From positions 1 to 12,768 of the forward strand of contig NW_021827133.1 in the NCBI RefSeq assembly GCF_006345805.1: a DNA stretch of 12,768 nucleotides, in the 5' to 3' direction. Positions 1 to 9,780 of this stretch are shown one piece after another (the stretch's first letter is position 1; the number at the start of each line of letters is the position of its first letter). The translations under genes were made by a program, and so were the position numbers. Below the pieces are notes generated by a model. The model saw only the letters and a program-made list of their open reading frames with translations, did no database searches and was not told the origin of the DNA. Origin of the DNA: Octopus sinensis (lineage: Eukaryota).

Positions 1-297
1 CTGTTTTGACGTCCCAAGTATCTCGAGTTTTCATTTGAACTCGGAAGGAAAGGAAGAGGAAGAATGTGTTTGCTGATGAAATTTCATGGGAAAACCGTCT
101 GTGCTACATGGGTTGGACTTGCTGAAATTCCTGCATCAAGCAGAATCAGGAAAGACTGTGAAATGTGTAACGTAGAGCCAGCCGTCTCTTGGGAGACTTG
201 GCAACAAAAAGTAGGCTTTTGCGAATTATTTTAGATGTGTATGCAGACGCGAGGAGACATAGACACGTTTCTTAGTCTTTCGCCTCATTGACTTACT

Positions 298-673
298 GGG
301 AAGCACTCCGTCGGTTACGACGATGAGGGTTCCGGTTGATCCGAATCAACGGAACAGCCTGCTCGTGAAATTAACGTGTAAGTGGCTGAGCACTCCACAG
401 ACACGTGCACCCTTAACGTAGTTCTCAGGGATATTCAGCGTGACACAGAGAGTGACAAGGCCGGCCCCTTGAAATACAGGTACAACAGAAACAGGAAGTA
501 AGAGTGGAGTGAGAGAAAGTTGAGGCGAAAGAGTACAACAGGGGTCGCCACCACCACCTACCGGAGCCTCGTGGAGCTTTAGGTGTTTTCACTCAATAAA
601 CACTCACAACGCCCGGTCCGGGAATCGAAACCGCGAGTCCGCTGCCCTAACCACTGGGCGATTGCGCCTCCAC
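298..673 (-). mobile_element. tRNA-derived SINE, family A, copy 1
   Basis: The minus strand begins GTGGAGGCGCAATCGCCCAGTGGTTAGGGCAGCGG with an A-box-like motif and a B-box-like GTTTCGATTCC. It is flanked by an 11-bp TSD ATTGACTTACT (287-297 and 674-684) and is highly similar along its length to 1762-2150. Confidence 0.92.
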
Positions 674-731
674 ATTGACTTACTAGGGCAACAAGGATGT
701 GAAAGATGCAGGCAAGGTAAGCTGCTCCAGA

Positions 732-880
732 AGTAGACTGGTGCTCAATTTCATCTGAGTAGAATGGAGCAACGTGAAATGAAATGCCTTGCTCAAGGAC
801 ACAACGAACACGCTTGTCAGGGAATCGAGCTCGTGATGTTATCGTCGTGAATCTAATGGATAGTCACTAGGCCAAGCGCA
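732..880 (-). mobile_element. Old degenerate tRNA-derived SINE fragment
   Basis: The minus strand reads TGGCCTAGTGAC (A-box-like), GCTCGATTCC (B-box-like), then GTTGTGTCCTTGAGCAAGGCATTT, a typical post-tRNA SINE motif. No TSD seen and the boundaries are approximate. Confidence 0.6.
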
Positions 881-1018
881 GGCATCGGAGTTTAGCATTA
901 GCGCAAGTTTCTATATGATTGTAGCTTTCACTTCATCGGAAGTGCTGCCTTACGTAACGTGTATGTATTTATTAAGGCATATTTGTGTCGCGCAGGGTTC
1001 TGGCTTATAAAAAGGTGT

Positions 1019-1560
1019 TTGAGTTCAAATTCCGCCGAGGTCGACTTTGCCTTTCATCCTTTCGGGGTTGATTAAATAAATACCTATTTCTCTACTACCC
1101 ACAAGGGGCTAAACACAGAGGGGACAAACAAGGACAGACATAGGTATTAAGTCGATTACATCGACCCCAGTGCGTAACTGGTACTTAATTTATCGACCCC
1201 GAAAGGATGAAAGGCAAAGTCGACCTCGGCGGAATTTGAACTCAGAACGTAACGCAGACGAAATACCGCTAAGCATTTCGCCCGGCGTGCTAACGTTTCT
1301 GCTAGCTCGCCGCATTAAATAAATATCAGTTGCGCACTGGGGTCGATGTAATCGACTTAATCCGTTTGTCTGTCCTTGTTTGTCCTCTCTCTGTTTAGCC
1401 CCTTGTGGGTAGTAAAGAAATAGGTATTTCGTCTGTCTTTATGCTCTGAATTCAAATTCCGCCAAGGTCGACTTAGCCTTTCATCATGTTGGCGTCAATA
1501 AATTAAGTACCACTGGACTCCTCCCCACAATATTTCGGGCTTTGTGCCTAGAGTAGAAAG
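1019..1560 (+). mobile_element. Composite SINE family B: interrupted outer copy plus a tandem partial second unit
   Basis: GAGTTCAAATTCCGCCGAGGTCGACTTTGCCTTTCATCC starts at 1021. The element resumes at 1326 after the inverted insert and runs to ~1423. A second, more diverged unit (GAATTCAAATTCCGCCAAGGTCGAC, from ~1424) ends in a different tail near 1560. Confidence 0.8.
1083..1313 (-). mobile_element. Full-length SINE family B copy inserted in inverted orientation into another family B copy
   Basis: It has a 12-bp TSD ATTAAATAAATA (1071-1082 and 1314-1325). The minus strand starts GCGGCGAGCTAGCAGAAACGTTAGC, contains the B-box-like GAGTTCAAATTCC, and its reverse complement matches both flanks. 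Confidence 0.9.
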
Positions 1561-1610
1561 TAACATTTTTAATCTCCTCGTTTATATGTTTTGGCATTTA
1601 GTCCTAACTT

Positions 1611-2185
1611 GGAACTCAGAACACAAACTGCCGGAATAAATGCGCCAATCACTTTGCCCGTCACACTAACGACACAATCATCACAAGTGGTCCTAATATT
1701 TAGTGGAAATCTCATTTGATTAAATCGACACACTTTTCACCGGTGCCTTACTTTATCAAATGGATGGAAGCACTCCGTCAGTTACGACGACGAGGGTTCC
1801 GGTTGATCCGATCAACGGAACAGGCTGCTCGTGAAATTAACGTGTAAGTGGCTGAGCACTCCACAGACACGTGTACCCTTAACGTAATTCTCGAGGAGAT
1901 TCAACGTGACACACAGAATGTGACAAGGCCGGCCCTTTGAAATACAGGTACAACAGAAACAGGAAGTAAGAGTGAAAGAAAGTTGTGGTGAAAGAGTACA
2001 GCAGAGATCACCACCATCCCCTGCCGGAGACTCGTGGAGCTTTAGGTGTTTTCGCTCAATAAACACTCACAACGCCCGGTCTGGGAATCGAAACCGCGAT
2101 CCTACGACCGCGAGTCCGCTGCCCTAACCACTGGGCCATTGTGCCTCCACTTTATCAAATAGGGGGAGCTGAAAGGCAGAGTTGA
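1611..2185 (-). mobile_element. Highly degenerate family-B-like SINE fragments hosting the 1762-2150 insertion
   Basis: 1611-1675 (GAACTCAGAAC...TTTGCCCG...CTAACG) resembles 1238-1295. 1716-1761 joined to 2161-2185 (GATTAAATCGAC...TTTATC...TGAAAGGCAGAGTTGA) resembles 1152-1223. Confidence 0.5.
1762..2150 (-). mobile_element. tRNA-derived SINE, family A, copy 2
   Basis: A-box TGGCCCAGTGG and B-box-like GTTTCGATTCC on the minus strand, with a 10-bp TSD TTTATCAAAT (1752-1761 and 2151-2160). It is a paralog of 298-673. Confidence 0.92.
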
Positions 2186-2453
2186 AATTCGATCTTGGAA
2201 GAGAAGGATCTGACAACGAGGTGGGATATTAAATATGTAAGGTAAGCACTAGATAACGGTTATGATGAAGCACACCTGAGCAAAAAAAAAAAAAAATAGA
2301 TTGAACGAATTGTAGGTTACTGCATATTGTAATCTAATATTATAATGAAAGGAGCGAAAAACAAAAGAACGATGATTGCACAGACACAATGATATCAACA
2401 ACAGCTACAACAATAATATCAGGAAGAAGAGGAAAAGGAGAAAAAGTAGAAGA

Positions 2454-2569
2454 GACGACGATGATGATGGTGATGATGACGATGACGATGATGATGATAA
2501 TGATGATGATGATGAGGAGGAGGATGATGATGAGGATGATGATGAGGATGATGATGATGATGATGATGA
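2454..2569. repeat. Imperfect (GAT)n trinucleotide microsatellite
   Basis: Read directly: GAT/GAC/GAG triplets, which explain the poly-D, poly-M and poly-S ORFs. Confidence 0.95.
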
Positions 2570-2710
2570 AATTTTATGAAATGCCATCAACTTTGTTATT
2601 TCGGTTTCCTTTGTGTTAAATACCTTATACTTAAGTAATCACTTATCTTCCTGTCATTTCCTCTCTTCTGAGAAACACAATATAGATGTAGGTGCATACA
2701 CACGTACACC

Positions 2711-2906
<196 letters not shown>

Positions 2907-2924
2907 AACATATAAATATGTACC

Positions 2925-2958
2925 AGATAGATAATAGATAGATAGATAGATAGATAAT

Positions 2959-3003
<45 letters not shown>

Positions 3004-3022
3004 GGATGGAGGATGGATAGAT

Positions 3023-3079
<57 letters not shown>

Positions 3080-3080
3080 C

Positions 3081-3139
<59 letters not shown>

Positions 3140-3202
3140 AAGACGGACGGACGGACGGACGGACGGATGGACGAACGGATGGATGGATGGATAGATAGAT
3201 AG
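2925..3202. repeat. (GATA)n microsatellite with (GATG)n and (GACG)n blocks
   Basis: Read directly from the sequence. Confidence 0.95.
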
Positions 3203-3426
3203 AACTATCTACATGTATAAAATTACGCCTATGAATATATGTACGTCTATTAACTCTTATATGCAAATGCATCTCTCTTTACTAATACCTGGTATCGACA
3301 GGCATCTGTAAAATATGGGGGAAGCGTTGGTGTGCCTTAAATTGCTTCTCTTAGCTGTTTCCTTTCAGAATTAGAATTAGTATTGTGGCATAAGAAATAT
3401 CAATACTATTACTAACGTTGATAATA

Positions 3427-3846
3427 CTCTTTTACTCTCTTTTACTCTTTTACTTGTTTCAGTCATTTGACTGCGGCCATGCTGGAGCACCACCTTTAAT
3501 CGAGCAACTCGACCCCGTGACTTATTCTTTTTGTAAGCCCAGTACTTATTCTATCGGTCTCTTTTGCCGAACCGGTAAGTGACGGGGACATAAGCACACC
3601 AGCATCGGTTGTCAAGCAATGCTAGGGGACAAACACAGACACACAAACACGCATATATAATATATATATATATACATATATACGACGGGCTTCTTTCAGT
3701 TTCCGTCTACTAAACCCACTCACAAGGCTTTGGTTGGCCCGGGGCTATAGCAGAAGACACTTGCCCAAGGTGCCACGTAGTGGGACTGAAACCTGAACCA
3801 TGTGGTTGGTTAGCAAGCTACTTACCACACAGCCACTCCTGCGCCT
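3427..3846 (-). mobile_element. tRNA-derived SINE, family C, with an internal microsatellite and a short-repeat tail
   Basis: The minus strand starts AGGCGCAGGAGTGGCTGTGTGGTAAG (A-box), then GTTTCAGTCCC (degenerate B-box) and GGCACCTTGGGCAAGTG (CORE-like). It has an internal TA/TG tract, a 3' tail of AGTAAAAG-type repeats, and a possible 6-bp TSD ATAATA (3421-3426 and 3847-3852). Confidence 0.88.
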
Positions 3847-3994
3847 ATAATATTAATAATAGTTATAATAAATACTCCTAAAATCAATACTAATATAAAC
3901 ATAGATATTCTCGCAAAGACGAAAGCAAGTATGTGTATTTGCACGCACGTATGTGTCTGTGTGTGTGAAAATGCTTCTCTTTTCTATATTTCTC

Positions 3995-4056
3995 TTTACG
4001 GGACGCCATATTTTTTTTCTACATTTGTTCTCGAACGCTTCATACCTCGTTTCCAT
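3995..4056 (-). mobile_element. Possible tiny RTE-clade LINE ORF2 remnant
   Basis: The translation ETRYEAFENKCRKKIW resembles the post-RT 'I-x-AFE-x-x-C-x-R-x-I/L' motif of RTE LINEs. It is too short to be sure. Confidence 0.3.
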
Positions 4057-4124
4057 GAAGCATCAAATTTAGAGCCGTTTTTATTTCACTAATCATTAGT
4101 TCTGTGATATTGTGCTAATGCTAA

Positions 4125-4525
4125 ATACACACGCACACACACATAATTATACCTATACCAATAACCAATAAATTATAAATGTAAACGCAAACACACACAC
4201 ACGCACATACACATATATATATACATACATATAAATATATGTAACATATACCTTTATGTGTGTTTATATATATATATATATATATAAACAAATATGCACA
4301 CACATTCATGCACGTATACATAAATAATATTTACTAAATATGTATATTAATTATGTATGCGTGCGTATAATTATGTATATGTCTGTATAAACATTAAATA
4401 TACGTATCTTTATATATTTATATATGTATGTATATTATAAGTGGAAGCATATGTAATATATACATATATATATATATATCCATACATATATATATATATG
4501 TTATATATGTGAATATGTATATATG

Positions 4526-4553
<28 letters not shown>
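4125..4553. repeat. Low-complexity TA/CA-rich microsatellite region
   Basis: Read directly from the sequence. Confidence 0.9.
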
Positions 4554-4556
<3 letters not shown>

Positions 4557-5228
4557 TAAGTATATTTTTTTGTGCCATTACTTTCACAAAAGCCTTTTCA
4601 ATTTACGGTTCTATATTGATATATTTAAGTGTTTTTCCTTTCTCGCAAAATAAAACATAAATAAATATATAATTAAATAAAATAACAAAATCAAAAATAA
4701 ATACGTAACTTTTTTACATACAAGTGTTGAAACAGTGAAGATGTGTTCCTGAGAGAATCGATTTTGGTTATCATTTCCATAATTCATATTATCGTTTCTG
4801 TGACGCAAGCAGAGCTGAGCTGAGAAGCTTACCTTTGGAATTCTCTCACACACCTTTATGAATGTATAAATTAAATTAATTATTATAGATAAGGATGGAT
4901 ATATTTTTTTTAAGTTTGTACACCTTTAAAATATTAAATACTCTTTTATAAATAACGATTAACATTTTGGAATGGCATATAGTTATCAGCAGTTATACCA
5001 AACACCGTTTTATACATGATAAGCAGAAATAAATGAAAATAAATGTTATGTATGTGTGTAATTAATGTAAGTATATACAGGTATGAATTCATCACAAAGC
5101 GTATAGCAGGTATATGATTATATACACAGTTTTACGGAATAAGCTGGTACAATAAATAAGCATTTACAGTTAACACACAGAAAGCTATGAGGAACAGGTA
5201 GGTTCTTAAATATCTTAAATATATATAT

Positions 5229-5362
5229 GTCTTTCCTGATGAGAAGACGGAATAATGCACTCTTTATTCCTTCGGAATTAAGAATATGTAGTCTTCGAAA
5301 CATGTGTCGAGAATAAAGGAATTTTGTTAAATCGTCGTTCGACTCCATTCTTTCATTTATCT
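5229..5362 (+). mobile_element. Probable solo Penelope-like pseudo-LTR fragment carrying the hammerhead
   Basis: The hammerhead is followed immediately by AATAAA (5312-5317), and a diverged dispersed paralog lies at 8556-8685. Minimal type I hammerheads are an established feature of Penelope pLTRs. No linked ORF was seen and the boundaries are uncertain. Confidence 0.55.
5232..5312 (+). ncRNA. Type I hammerhead ribozyme motif with an intact core
   Basis: Stem I TTTC (5232-5235) pairs with GAGA (5309-5312). The core is CTGATGA (5236-5242). Stem II GAAGAC (5243-5248)/GTCTTC (5291-5296) encloses a GGAATAA/TTATTCC hairpin. GAAA is at 5297-5300, followed by a minimal stem III (ACA-TG-TGT) and the GUC triplet, giving a predicted cut after 5308. 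Confidence 0.82.
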
Positions 5363-5380
5363 ATATTATAGATATATGTA

Positions 5381-6184
5381 CAAAATCATCACCTTCAACA
5401 ATTTGGAAAGGTTCCTAAACTTGGAAAATGGGTGCCTCGTGAATTGTTCGAAAGCAACCGCAAATCCCGAGTTGGCATCTGCTCTTCTCGCCATTCTCGT
5501 GAACTCAATTCACCCTTTTTGGATAGATTTGTGACTGGTTACGAAATTGAATCTTCTGTCGAAATGTTAAACGTTGTAAACAGGGGCTTGGTAAAAGAGA
5601 AAAAGCTCAACCACAACGGAGAATGGAACTCAAGGCAAAAAGTTGCTTCTCTCTATCTGGTGGGATTGCAAATGAGTAATTCACTTTGAATTGTTATCAC
5701 CTAATGCGACAATCAATGCTCAAGTCTACTGTCACCAATTAGAGCGTTTGAACCAAGCTTTGAAGAAAAAAGACCCTCTTTAGTGAATCGAAAAGGAGTG
5801 ATGTTTCATCAGGAAGATGCGCGACTCCACACAGCAAAGATCACATCACAGAAGATCGAAGAGCTTCACTGGGAAAAAATTCCTCATCCACCTTCTGCTC
5901 TCGACCTTCCTCCTTCAGACTACCATTTGTTTCGTAGTTTACAGAATCATTTGGGGGACACACTTTCGCAAGCCAGGAGGTGGTCGAAACTGTCATTTCA
6001 GAGTTTTTCGCTTTGAAACCAAAAGAGTTTTACATTGATGGGATTAAAAAGCTTGTAAATAGATGGAAGGAAGTCATAGATAATCAGGGAAAGTACATTG
6101 ATGATTAATTTCAATTAAATATAACATTGGCTCACTTGTTTTCTAAATTCAAAATTGGGACAGAACTTATGGTATGATCTGATA
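5381..6184 (+). mobile_element. 5'-truncated, frameshifted mariner (Tc1/mariner DD34D) transposon with a transposase pseudogene and right TIR
   Basis: Motifs across frames: KLGKWVPREL (WVPHEL), FLDRFVTGYE (first D decayed), FHQEDARLH (HQDNARPH), HPPSALDLPPSDYHLF (YSPDLAPSDY), and the C-terminus GIKKLVNRWKEVIDNQGKYIDD* ending at 6108. A TIR-like GGACAGAACTTATGGTATGATCTGA followed by TA lies at ~6158-6184. Confidence 0.93.
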
Positions 6185-6280
6185 ATTATTAATTTAATAT
6201 ACACTTTGCTAATTTCCATGCTGACTACTTGATAATCATCATTAACGTGATTTTTATCCCTGTTTTTTTTTTATTATGTA

Positions 6281-6788
6281 CTAGCAGTATCGCCCGGCGT
6301 TGCTCGGGTTTGTAAGGGAAATAAATATATAAGCATTTTTAGAGAGTTACTTCCATTATAGATGCCAATTCGGGCTTTCTTAGCCATTTCTGTTTGGTGT
6401 CTTCAAGCCATGAAGTCGTTGTTCTAAAAGAACGCTGGTCTCCTTGACAACGCATTACGACGTTGATTTCCTTAAACTCCCTCCCCCCAGCTTCACGAGG
6501 AGGGAAGGGGGAGAAAAGCAACAGGTGCAGATGTGAGCGTGGACGCCAACTCCGCCGCCATCGACACACGAAAAATTATGCATTAAAATGGAATAAAAAA
6601 TTATGTTAAATTATTTTTAAAATCGTAGACTCATTGTAGACGTGCGTTAATACTCAGACGGGCTCGATATTAATCATGACTATAAGATACCCGAATTTGG
6701 TTAAAGTGCACCGCAAAATGTGGGAGGAGTTAGGAATCTAAATCGTAGGAGATAGACACTCATACAACTACAGTTTTATATATATAGA
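6281..6788 (-). mobile_element. Non-autonomous Helitron (508 bp)
   Basis: The minus strand begins A|TCTATATATATAAAAC (5' TC at 6788-6787). It ends with the hairpin CCCGAGC-AAC-GCCGGG (6308-6293), an 8-nt spacer and CTAG|T (6284-6281). It sits between A and T with no TSD, matching canonical Helitron termini. Confidence 0.82.
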
Positions 6789-7604
6789 TATACATATGTG
6801 TGTGTGTGTGTGTGTAATATATACATATGAAGTAACCTGGATCGAGGAGTATATAACGTTTCGGACTTAAATGATCTATGGGTTACAATGAAAGTAACCA
6901 GTTTTTTTTTGTCCAACTTCTTTGCTGAAAATAAATTTGGACCAAAGAGCTAACTCGTACTCATTTGTACCATGAAGGGGATTATAAATCCGGATAGTGC
7001 TTTCCATGCGTGGTAGATTGGTAAGCTTAATCCACCTCAACGTCAAGCATCAAAACCTGGTTCTTGGGGGCCTTCAGAAGCACACCTTTCTATCAGTCGG
7101 GTCAGTTTTCTGGTTTCGGTATCAGCGGAAAAAATAGGCTCAAGAGCAAGGCCCTTACATTTTTGATTAAAAGTTAACAGTGTATTCGATATGGGGGCTT
7201 ACAAAATATAAATATATTCCTCATTCCCCACTTCCGGCTTACCAGTTCATGAATATATGATAGCTGTATAAATTTCTTGTAATTTAATATTAAATTTTCA
7301 GATTGACAATATTAAGGTTACGAAAGTTGAAAGCCAAAAGTGAAAGTCAAAAACGAAAAAAGACACATTAAGAATTGGGAAAAATAGAAAAATAAAAGTG
7401 CTGAAACACTTAAATTTAGAAAAATGAAAAACAGTACTTTGAAGCCAGACTAGATTAAGGAATGAATTGCTTAGAGAACAGAATCGTCTGAAGTTTGCTT
7501 GGAATATTTAAAAATTTTTCAAGGAAGCTTTAGAAATTTTCATTCGAAACATTTATCTCAACCTCTAATGGTTTATGTCTGTGTGCGGAATATGTATAGA
7601 AATA

Positions 7605-8084
7605 AATATACATACACACATACACATACACACATACATACACATGTATATATACTTGTATATATATTATATAATATATATATATTATATATATATATAT
7701 TTATACATTTATTAATGTATGCACAAATTTGTTAATGAATACACACGCATATACATACATATACATACACACACACACATATATATAGATAGATATAGAT
7801 ATATAGATATATATGCATATGTATGTATGTGCATATATGTATGTATGCACGCGTGTGTGTATGTATGTGTGTGTGTGTGCATGTATATACACATGTATAT
7901 ATATATACACACACATATTAATGTATGCACAAATTTGTTAATGAATTCACACGCATATATATACACATACATACACACACATATATATATATATATAGAG
8001 ATATATATATATATATATATATATACATATGTATGTATGTGCATATATGTATGTACGCACGTGTGTGTATGCATGTATATATGT
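7605..8084. repeat. Compound microsatellite containing a ~206-bp tandem duplication
   Basis: The anchor ATTAATGTATGCACAAATTTGTTAATGAAT occurs at 7711 and 7917, each followed by the same order of microsatellite blocks. Confidence 0.88.
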
Positions 8085-8555
8085 AAGAATTGACTCAGAA
8101 ATCTCAAAACGAACACATATACCCCAAAATACATTATTCATCATCGCACAAATAAACTTGTATAACATTTACATGGGGAAATATCAGCCGAGACCTACGC
8201 AATCTTTCTCTCAATCAAATACAATATAGAAAATTACATGTATTTCATACGACGTGTTATGAGCAAGATGCATATTGTTACAATGTGCTAGTTGTGTCGA
8301 TAGAATAAAATTCCATAATACCTACAATTTCGCATCAATATCTAATATATTTTTGCAATCGTTGTCTTTCCTGAGTCATTTAGTTTCTCTTAAATCGTGC
8401 ACGATATCATGGCCTATGTGAAATACCTGTTAAGCCTCGAGAAACCACTCCATACCATTGTATATATATTAAACAATATTAATAGCGTTCTGTCAATCGC
8501 TATACAAATCCATCATTTTTGCTAAAATGTCTTATTGACGAGTTTCGTTTTTTTC

Positions 8556-8641
8556 ACTTTCCTGGGGAGAAGATTGCATTGTTTATACCATTTATTCTTT
8601 TGAATAGTATCAGTGAAATTTTCGAAACATGTGTCGAAAGT
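8556..8641 (+). ncRNA. Type I hammerhead motif, paralog of 5232-5312, with an A6G core mutation (likely inactive)
   Basis: Stem I ACTTTC (8556-8561)/GAAAGT (8636-8641); core CTGGGGA (8562-8568); stem II GAAGATT (8569-8575)/AATTTTC (8617-8623); GAAA (8624-8627); CATGTGTC with a predicted site after 8635. Confidence 0.72.
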
Positions 8642-9002
8642 AAAAATATTTGATTACACCTGCGTTAAACTCCATTTATTTATTCATATATTATTCAAAA
8701 TATTCAACGTAAACACAAAGTTTCTACCTTTATAAACAAGTAGTTACAACACCTTTACTTGTGAGATTTTTGCTGCCCTGATAACTATTTATTTATTTTT
8801 TCCGTGTTAATTGTTAACAAGGTAAAAAAATACTCATCTTATATATATATATATATAATATACGTTTTTATTATTATTTTGCATTTTACTTAATCATCGG
8901 TATATTATTGTTATTTTAAATTTAATATTTCTATTATATGTAATTTTCTAGATGGTGTAATTTAATTGTTCATTTTGAATTAATAAAAGGTGTTTTTTTC
9001 TA

Positions 9003-9006
<4 letters not shown>

Positions 9007-9079
<73 letters not shown>
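9007..9079. repeat. Pure (TA)n microsatellite at the left boundary of the Penelope remnant and duplication
   Basis: Read directly from the sequence. Confidence 0.95.
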
Positions 9080-9081
<2 letters not shown>

Positions 9082-9477
9082 GCAATCTAACTTTCACTGG
9101 ACGATGCCTCAGCATCAATTCCCATCTTCCGTCCGTACAGTATAAGGAGAGAGATTGCTCAGTGCCTTAAACATCGATCAATGACTAGAACTAGTGACCT
9201 TTATGCCCACCACAAAGAAAGGATCAAGCTAAGAAACAATCTACTATGCAACACTAGCCAGGACATACTATATCCTCCAATTAAGAAGAGAAGAGATGAT
9301 GACCCTTAAACTGACCACAGTCGTGTCTACACTATGTCAAAGGCCACTCCGAAAAGATACGAAAGTTATGCGGTTCATATTACATCAGGACAGTATTCAG
9401 AAATAATCTAACACTTCACAAATATCTCCTCCAAGTAAGACCACCCATAAAAGAGAATATGACCAAATACTGCGTGT

Positions 9478-9780
9478 TGTTTGTTCCTTCTCGAGCCATG
9501 CCTGGCTCATAAGGGCCGGTTTCCTGGTTTCTTGGCGTATAGGTTCCCCACTTTGACGGGACCCCGGTCCGTCGCAGGTGAGCTGCAAGATGCAGGAGGA
9601 AAGAGTGAGAGAAAGTTGTGGCGAAAGAATCAGCAGAAGTTTCGCCATTACCTTCTGCCGGAGCCGCGTGGAGCTTAGGTGTTTCGCTCATAAACACACA
9701 CATCGCCCCGTCTGAGATTCGAACCCGCGATCCCTCGACCGTGAGTTCGCTGCTCTAACCACTAGGCCATATGCCTCCAC
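9478..9780 (-). mobile_element. tRNA-derived SINE (family A-like head, different 3' half) inserted in the Penelope ORF, copy 1
   Basis: A-box TGGCCTAGTGG and B-box GGTTCGAATC on the minus strand. A decayed TSD reads CAAATACTGCGTGT (9464-9477)/CAAGCCTGCGTGT (9781-9793). Removing the insert rejoins ENMTK to CVYSIP. Confidence 0.9.

Noticed and set aside
68-105. CTGATGA...GAAA...GTC hammerhead-like word order
   Set aside because: No stem II can form without consuming the GAAA, and stem I does not pair, so this is probably chance.
1812-2066. 84-aa ORF, and similar ORFs at 9397-9703 and 11155-11469
   Set aside because: These lie mostly within SINEs bounded by TSDs and show no protein motifs.
2080-2150. 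tRNA-like sequences at the SINE heads as genuine tRNA genes
   Set aside because: There is no complete acceptor stem, and they continue into SINE bodies flanked by TSDs.
2376-2579. ORF with a basic NLS-like stretch and an acidic poly-D/E tail
   Set aside because: It is fully explained by a purine-rich tract plus the (GAT)n microsatellite, with no true ATG start or splice support.
4833-4853. Possible 21-nt minus-strand microexon ending at a strong AAG|GTAAGC donor
   Set aside because: The acceptor (ATAAAG) lacks a polypyrimidine tract, and it cannot be supported without RNA-seq.
6850-6885. Minus-strand CCGAAACGTT resembling the 3' half of a minimal hammerhead
   Set aside because: There is no CTGANGA core or stem II partner at a suitable distance.
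7270-7420. Acceptor-like TTTTCAG followed by A-rich, lysine-coding-like sequence
   Set aside because: Stops occur early in the frames checked and there is no recognisable protein similarity.
7499-8229. Cluster of overlapping Y/I/C/V/H/T-rich ORFs (also 2710-3272, 4121-4321, 10505-10830, 12268-12712)
   Set aside because: These are translations of dinucleotide and tetranucleotide microsatellites, which lack stop codons in some frames.
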